In this document: in pieces, positions 58,646 through 64,000 of the stretch | Numbering within the stretch: the stretch's first letter is position 1 | How the letters are laid out: every line of letters begins with the position of its first letter | DNA from: Treponemataceae bacterium | GTDB taxonomy: Bacteria; Spirochaetota; Spirochaetia; Treponematales; Rectinemataceae | Length of the DNA: 64,000 nt | Assembly (NCBI GenBank): GCA_963667725.2 | Contig: CAXXHO010000006.1 | Span: 1-64,000, forward strand | Direction of reading: 5' to 3' | Made by a program: the position numbers and the translations under genes | The notes under the pieces: model-generated | The model's input: the letters and a program-made list of their open reading frames with translations, nothing else | Told to the model about the DNA's origin: nothing | Database searches by the model: none

Positions 58646-60129
58646 ATGCCTTGACAATACCTTACCCAAAGAACGATAGGCTGAGGTTCAGACTATGCCT
58701 TATCCTCATTAATATACTAGTAATCACGACGTTATATGTTATTCAAGGGAAGCGTGACTTAGGATTACTGAATATTGAAGAAAACGCGCTCTCGGCTGCT
58801 TTGGGACTGTTTGCCCAAATACTCACGTTAACCTATTATTTTTCTTGGGGAAAGATTACTGGCAATTACCTAAATCTCTTTGGCATGTTCCTAGTGTCGT
58901 TTGTCCTCTTCTGTCTTGGACAGGTTATTATCTACTCTTATGGCGTCAGGACTTTCGCGGGTGCAAACATGTTTACTCGCTTGCCTGTCCAACTAATTAA
59001 CTCTTCGGCAATTTACACACTAATTTGTCTGGCAGCCTTTTTTTCCGGGGCATTGCTCGTAATCGACAGCCCGAAAAAACCAGTTGCCATTGAGGAGGAA
59101 GAATGCAACCTGGCAGCATTCCGAAAGGTCGGGAAGCTGCTCCTTGTGTTCTCGGCAATACCTTTCCTGTATTCTAGGACAACAACATTGCTTGCCGCCA
59201 GAAGTATCGGATATGAAGCGCTCTATAATTATTCAAATTATGGTTCTTCGCGCGTGTTTAAGATAATCGAAGGATTATCAAGCTTGTTCACGGTTGGCTT
59301 AATCATGCTTCTTGTAGGCTATAAACATGATAAAAACAAGAGGAACCTAATTACGCTGTTCCTTTCCATTTCTGCTGTCATTACTCTCATGATGGGCGAG
59401 AGGACCGGAGCAGCCAGCATGCTGCTCGTGGTTTACTGGTATCGATCGTTTTGCTTGCCGACGAAAAAAGACAAAAAAAAGAATTTGCTTGGCATCATTC
59501 TCGTCAGCGTATTGCTGCTGCTTGCTTTCCCCGCAATTCAACGCTTGCGTCATGAGGGAATTGCCAATGTTGTTCAAATATCTCAGATCGTTGCCAGAAA
59601 TGGCATCGTCGAGAGCCTGATTAGCTCAATAGCCTCAGTTGGATTCAGCGTTTTCCCTTTAGCGAAAACAATGGAAATCGTTCCATTATATGAGAATTAC
59701 CGCTATGGCATCACTTACCTGATGGCATTGACAACTGTATTCCCTAATTTGTTCTTTGAGATTCATCCAGCGCAAAAATACTCGGCTTTGGCTTCTTGGC
59801 TTATGAAGAGCCTGAATATGACATATGGTCCTGGGTATTCCATGCCGGCAGAAGCCTATATCAATTTCGGATGGTTCCCGTTGCCGATCATGTTATTGGC
59901 GGGATACTTAATCGCCCGGCTGCTGTATATTACCAAAGACAATAGAAATGATCCGTTTCGAGTCTTCGTAGCGATGATGTTTTTTTTTATGAATATTACT
60001 CTCCCGAGAAGAGAATTCTTGGGCGTGGTTAGGGATATTGCGTATTATATCATACCTGCCTACCTGGTACTGAAAGGTATTAGCCGAAAGCAATGCCAGC
60101 AGGCTCAAGGAAAGAAAAGGGGAGTATAG
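58642..60129 (+). CDS. wzy: O-antigen/polysaccharide polymerase (Wzy-like)
   Basis: Multi-TM hydrophobic protein among glycosyltransferases; GER, GYSMPAEAYINFG motifs. Confidence 0.78.
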   Translation: MNALTIPYPKNDRLRFRLCLILINILVITTLYVIQGKRDLGLLNIEENALSAALGLFAQILTLTYYFSWGKITGNYLNLFGMFLVSFVLFCLGQVIIYSYGVRTFAGANMFTRLPVQLINSSAIYTLICLAAFFSGALLVIDSPKKPVAIEEEECNLAAFRKVGKLLLVFSAIPFLYSRTTTLLAARSIGYEALYNYSNYGSSRVFKIIEGLSSLFTVGLIMLLVGYKHDKNKRNLITLFLSISAVITLMMGERTGAASMLLVVYWYRSFCLPTKKDKKKNLLGIILVSVLLLLAFPAIQRLRHEGIANVVQISQIVARNGIVESLISSIASVGFSVFPLAKTMEIVPLYENYRYGITYLMALTTVFPNLFFEIHPAQKYSALASWLMKSLNMTYGPGYSMPAEAYINFGWFPLPIMLLAGYLIARLLYITKDNRNDPFRVFVAMMFFFMNITLPRREFLGVVRDIAYYIIPAYLVLKGISRKQCQQAQGKKRGV

Positions 60130-61190
60130 TGATAATTGCCTTTATCGCCCCCAGGTTTCACACGAACCAAGCGGAACTTGTTGAGCAATTGATGAGTTTT
60201 GGGAATACTGTTTTATTTTTTTCGTATGAAAGCCGTTATTCTGAAGATCATCGAACGGTTTCTCCTGTTGTCATTGGATATGCCAAGCTCTTCAATAGAT
60301 ACTGCAATGAGAGCCTAAGGCGTGAATATGGACTTCCCTCGTTAAGTGGAATTGTTTCAATATTATCTTCCCGCCCCGATGTGGCAATAATTAGGAGTTT
60401 TTCTCTATCCAGCCTCTTGCTATCCACGTTGCTTCGAATTCGAGGAAGCAAGGTGGTTTTATATTGCCAATTGCCAATTCATGGAAAGCGTATACCGGTC
60501 ATCAAGCTTGTATACTATAGGGGGTTCGCCCGGGAGGTAATAACCCCAGTAAGAGGTGTTAATGGCTCGATAGGCAATAAAATAGTGTTAGGTCAACGAT
60601 GGACTTGCATTCCATTTATCAAGAAACCAAATAAGGAGGCTTTTAGCCGAGAGTATTGTCCTAACGGGGTGGTTCGTATACTCATCGTCGGAAAATTCGT
60701 TTCAAGAAAAATGATACCTGAATGCCTTAATGTCCTTGAAAAGCTCTACCGCGGAAATTTTGCTGTGAAAGTGATTGGTACCGTTATCGAAAACAGGGTA
60801 TTGGAGGAAGTTAGGAAGATTGTAGGTCGAAATGAATATATGTCAATCGCCGTTAATATTCCGCATGAGTTGATGGACAAGGAATACTTAAGTTCTGATA
60901 TCTTTGTCTTGCCATCCATAAATGAGCCAGCATCTTATTCACAGCTTGAGGCGATGTCGTGCGGTTGCGCGGTAGTATGCAGCGATAGCAACGGTACTGC
61001 TGAATATATAGAAGATGGAGTGAATGGGATGGTCTTCAGGGCAACGGAATTTGATGCAAGCCTAAGGGAATGCCTAGTCTCGATGCTTGATGCTAATGAT
61101 GTTGTCGAGCGCATGGGGAAGGCGGGCATCGAAGCCGTGAGCAAGAACCATAATGCGAGCGCTTATGCTTCTTACCTGCGTTCAATATGA
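60129..61190 (+). CDS. Glycosyltransferase family 4
   Basis: GTG start after GGAG; DIFVLPSINEP..LEAMSCG. Confidence 0.88.
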   Translation: MIIAFIAPRFHTNQAELVEQLMSFGNTVLFFSYESRYSEDHRTVSPVVIGYAKLFNRYCNESLRREYGLPSLSGIVSILSSRPDVAIIRSFSLSSLLLSTLLRIRGSKVVLYCQLPIHGKRIPVIKLVYYRGFAREVITPVRGVNGSIGNKIVLGQRWTCIPFIKKPNKEAFSREYCPNGVVRILIVGKFVSRKMIPECLNVLEKLYRGNFAVKVIGTVIENRVLEEVRKIVGRNEYMSIAVNIPHELMDKEYLSSDIFVLPSINEPASYSQLEAMSCGCAVVCSDSNGTAEYIEDGVNGMVFRATEFDASLRECLVSMLDANDVVERMGKAGIEAVSKNHNASAYASYLRSI

Positions 61191-61224
61191 TCTTTCGTCT
61201 TTTAGATGCCAAGGAGCATAAATC

Positions 61225-62355
61225 GTGAGCCTCTTCTTCTTTCATGATCATAAGTTTTATTGCAAAGATTCATGCTTTTACTCTCCTGGCAGTTTCCCAG
61301 ATGAAATGTGGGGCAGATATACGGCCGTGTTTGGCAACACAACGGTTTTTGCGCGCGTGAGAACGCAGGAAACAGACGTTGTGGGGTTCTCTAAAATATC
61401 TAATCCTCAAGTCAGAATTGTTGATGTGTATGAAAAAGGCTTCATGCAGCTGCTAAAAGATATTTTTCACGCTGATTATGTTATCGTGCGTTTGCCGAGC
61501 TTCATTGGTATATGCGCAGTAATAGTCGCTCGGATATATATGAAGCCAAGCTTAATTGAACTTGTTGGCTGTCCATTTGACTCTCTCTGGAATCATAGCG
61601 CTAAAGGCAAGGCAGCCGCTCCCTTCATTGCATTGCTGACTAGAATTATTGTCAGGAACTCACCGTTTGTACTTTATGTTACGGAAAGATTCCTGCAACG
61701 GCGATATCCAACGAAAGGAATTACTATAAGCTGCTCCAACGTCCTGCTCAGCCAGGGTGATGAAGGAGTCGTTGAACGCAGAGCCAATAAGATAATGCTC
61801 ACAGGGCCTTTGATGAAGATTTGTACAATAGGAGCCGTCGATGTCAAATATAAGGGTCAAGTTTCAGTAATTACCGCGTTGGCAATTTTAAAGGCCAAAC
61901 ATAATAAAATCTATGAGTATCACTTGATCGGGAGCGGGAATCAAACATACTTGAGGGATTACGCAAAAAAGCTAGGAGTGGAAGGCTTGCTGGTGTTTCA
62001 TGGGATACTAAACAGGCAACAAATAAATTCCGTATTGGAAGATATTGATATCTATATCCAGCCAAGCAAAACCGAAGGGTTGCCAAGATCCTTAATCGAA
62101 GCTATGAGCATGGGGCTTCCGGCGATTGGTTCAACAGCCGGAGGCATACCAGAGCTTCTTGAGAAGTCGATGCTTTTTCGGCCACAAAAAGCGAAAGAAG
62201 AGTTGCCCGAATGTCTGCTCAGGTTGGATACTACAACTTTGCTCGTGCAGTCAAAGAGGAATTATGAAGCTGCAAAAAAATTCAGCGCTTCTATCATTGA
62301 ATCTAGAAGGCGCGAATTCTTTATGAGGTTCCACGCCGCATACTCGAAAAGGTAG
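61225..62355 (+). CDS. Glycosyltransferase family 4
   Basis: YKGQ, QPSKTEGLPRSLIEAMSMG, GGIPEL. Confidence 0.9.
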   Translation: MSLFFFHDHKFYCKDSCFYSPGSFPDEMWGRYTAVFGNTTVFARVRTQETDVVGFSKISNPQVRIVDVYEKGFMQLLKDIFHADYVIVRLPSFIGICAVIVARIYMKPSLIELVGCPFDSLWNHSAKGKAAAPFIALLTRIIVRNSPFVLYVTERFLQRRYPTKGITISCSNVLLSQGDEGVVERRANKIMLTGPLMKICTIGAVDVKYKGQVSVITALAILKAKHNKIYEYHLIGSGNQTYLRDYAKKLGVEGLLVFHGILNRQQINSVLEDIDIYIQPSKTEGLPRSLIEAMSMGLPAIGSTAGGIPELLEKSMLFRPQKAKEELPECLLRLDTTTLLVQSKRNYEAAKKFSASIIESRRREFFMRFHAAYSKR

Positions 62356-62397
62356 CGACAGCTTAGCGAAGGGGAAGCATGAAAGGCGCGAAAAGTT

Positions 62398-63537
62398 ATG
62401 CGTAATGTGAAGATCCTTATCATCAGCGGGCAGGATGTTGAAAAGCGGCTTCCAATCATTAAAATATGCCGGGGATTTGAATTTGTTGTTATGGGGTCGT
62501 CGCGAAATATCAAATGGATGTTCGACGAGCTTGGAGTAAGGTATATATATTTCCGCATGGTCAGAAAAGTTGCGCCGATTTCTCATATTCTGTCCGTAAG
62601 CCAAATGGTTCAAGCAATAAAAGCCGAGAAACCCGACATCATTCAGACTTATGACACTATACCAACCTTTCTTGCAAGAATTGCCTGGTTTTTCGACCGG
62701 AATGCCCTAGTTGTATCTACTGTGAATGGGCTTGGTGAATTGTATACTTACGATAAGAAGAAGTACCTCCTTTATCGAAAGGTTTATGAATTGGCGAATC
62801 GTATCCTCCTGCTGGGGACGCGGATGCTGATTTTCCAAAATCATGATGATCTGAGCTTCTTCCGTCAAAGAGGAATGGCGGGGAGGAAATACAGGGTAAT
62901 CCCTGGATCGGGAATCGATACAAAGTATTATGAAAGATCTTGGTATTCGGGACAAGATAGAGAAAAAATGAGGAAAAGCTTGCTAGGCTCGGAGAAGCCC
63001 TTTGTTATTACGATGATAGGTCGTGTAGTTAAGAGCAAGGGCGTCATTCCCTTTGCCCGAATGGCGGAAAAGATTGCTGCGAGTAGAGACGATGTCGAGG
63101 CCGTTCTTGTCGGGCCTGATGATAAAGACAGTGCTGATAGGCTGAATGATTATGAGATGGGGTATTTCCGCGATAAGGTGAAGTGGTTGGGAGAAAGGAA
63201 AGACATACGCGACATACTCTACGTATCGGATATATGCATCCTTCTTTCTGCTCGAGAGGGAATGCCGCGAGTAGTAATGGAAGCCGCGGCTATGGAGGTC
63301 CCTTCGGTCGTACTAGACGTTCCTGGATGCAGGGAGATTGTTATCGATGGACGAACTGGATTTGTCGTCGAAGATGAGCATCAAGCATTTGGGCGCGTCC
63401 TTGAGCTGCTTGGCAATAAAGAAATGCTTTACGCATTCGGAACCGAGGCCAGGAGAAGGATGGAGCAAGTCTTCAGTCTCGATGCTATCGCGCAAGATAT
63501 GGCAGCACTGTGGCAAAATATTATAAGGAAGGAATGA
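62398..63537 (+). CDS. Glycosyltransferase family 4 (CapM/PglA-like)
   Basis: NGLG, FQNHDD, GSGID, REGMPRVVMEAAA, DVPGCRE. Confidence 0.9.
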   Translation: MRNVKILIISGQDVEKRLPIIKICRGFEFVVMGSSRNIKWMFDELGVRYIYFRMVRKVAPISHILSVSQMVQAIKAEKPDIIQTYDTIPTFLARIAWFFDRNALVVSTVNGLGELYTYDKKKYLLYRKVYELANRILLLGTRMLIFQNHDDLSFFRQRGMAGRKYRVIPGSGIDTKYYERSWYSGQDREKMRKSLLGSEKPFVITMIGRVVKSKGVIPFARMAEKIAASRDDVEAVLVGPDDKDSADRLNDYEMGYFRDKVKWLGERKDIRDILYVSDICILLSAREGMPRVVMEAAAMEVPSVVLDVPGCREIVIDGRTGFVVEDEHQAFGRVLELLGNKEMLYAFGTEARRRMEQVFSLDAIAQDMAALWQNIIRKE

Positions 63538-63540
63538 GAT

Positions 63541-64000
63541 ATGTGGAAAGTCCAATTATTTAAGCTCAACTACGATGAACGTGAGTATTCGGCTGTAATG
63601 GATACATTGCAATCTGGCTGGATTACCATGGGCCAGAAGACCATCGATTTCGAAGCAGCTTACGCGAATGAATTGGGCGAGGGCAGCATGTGTGTCGCCG
63701 TATCTAATGGTACCGCAGCTCTTCACATCGCCGTTCTCGCCGCAGGGGTGGGACCAGGCGATGAAGTCATTGTTCCCTCTCTCACTTTCATCGCCGACCT
63801 CAATTCAGTCCGCGTGTCAGGCGGCGACGTGGTCCTGTCTGATGTGACTTCTCTCGATGATTGGTCCATGGATCCAGCCGATATTGAAGCGAAGATAACG
63901 CCCAAGACAAAAGCAGTAATGATAGTACACTATGCGGGATTCGCCTGCGATATGGACTCAATCGTCGATATCTGCAAACGCCATGGCTTAATTCTTATCG
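63541..64000 (+). CDS. DegT/DnrJ/EryC1/StrS aminotransferase, 3'-partial (absent from the ORF track)
   Basis: Manual translation MWKVQLFKLNY...SGWITMG...SNGTAALH...GDEVIVPSLTF...TKAVMIVHYAG; open to the window end. Confidence 0.9.
   Translation, partial: MWKVQLFKLNYDEREYSAVMDTLQSGWITMGQKTIDFEAAYANELGEGSMCVAVSNGTAALHIAVLAAGVGPGDEVIVPSLTFIADLNSVRVSGGDVVLSDVTSLDDWSMDPADIEAKITPKTKAVMIVHYAGFACDMDSIVDICKRHGLILI

Overview
Bacterial genomic window in three parts; the taxon is not determinable from sequence alone, though the lipoprotein and hypothetical families weakly suggest a high-GC spirochaete-like organism. (1) 1-25.6 kb is GC-rich. It holds two Opp/Dpp-type peptide ABC transporter operons with peptidases or hydrolases (M42, M19, CocE/NonD), a creatininase-family gene, a DEAD-box helicase, an ECF sigma/anti-sigma module, a MASE3-GGDEF protein and a beta-propeller sensor kinase/NarL-type regulator pair. 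(2) 25.6-32.8 kb is an accessory, defence-like stretch: HicAB, AAA+/DUF4143 ATPases (one 5'-truncated), a degenerate AbiEi/AbiEii pair and lipoproteins. (3) 33-64 kb is a visibly lower-GC Wzx/Wzy surface-polysaccharide locus. It opens with an unusual ThDP enzyme / ATP-grasp-SDR / WbqC / adenylating enzyme / ACP / twin acyltransferase / AcpS module and a plant-type galacturonokinase-like kinase. The most striking non-coding signal is a family of ten diverged, self-complementary elements of about 160-180 bp (one internally deleted). They have GACAGGA tandem units at the left end, TCCTGTC units at the right, an inner TTTTGGTTAAG/CTTAACCCAAAA stem and a purine-rich core. All lie in the same orientation between 4.9 and 31.7 kb, delimit functional gene modules like cassettes, and supply the stop codons of five ORFs. 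No transposase, integrase, reverse transcriptase, Cas gene, rRNA or complete tRNA was seen.
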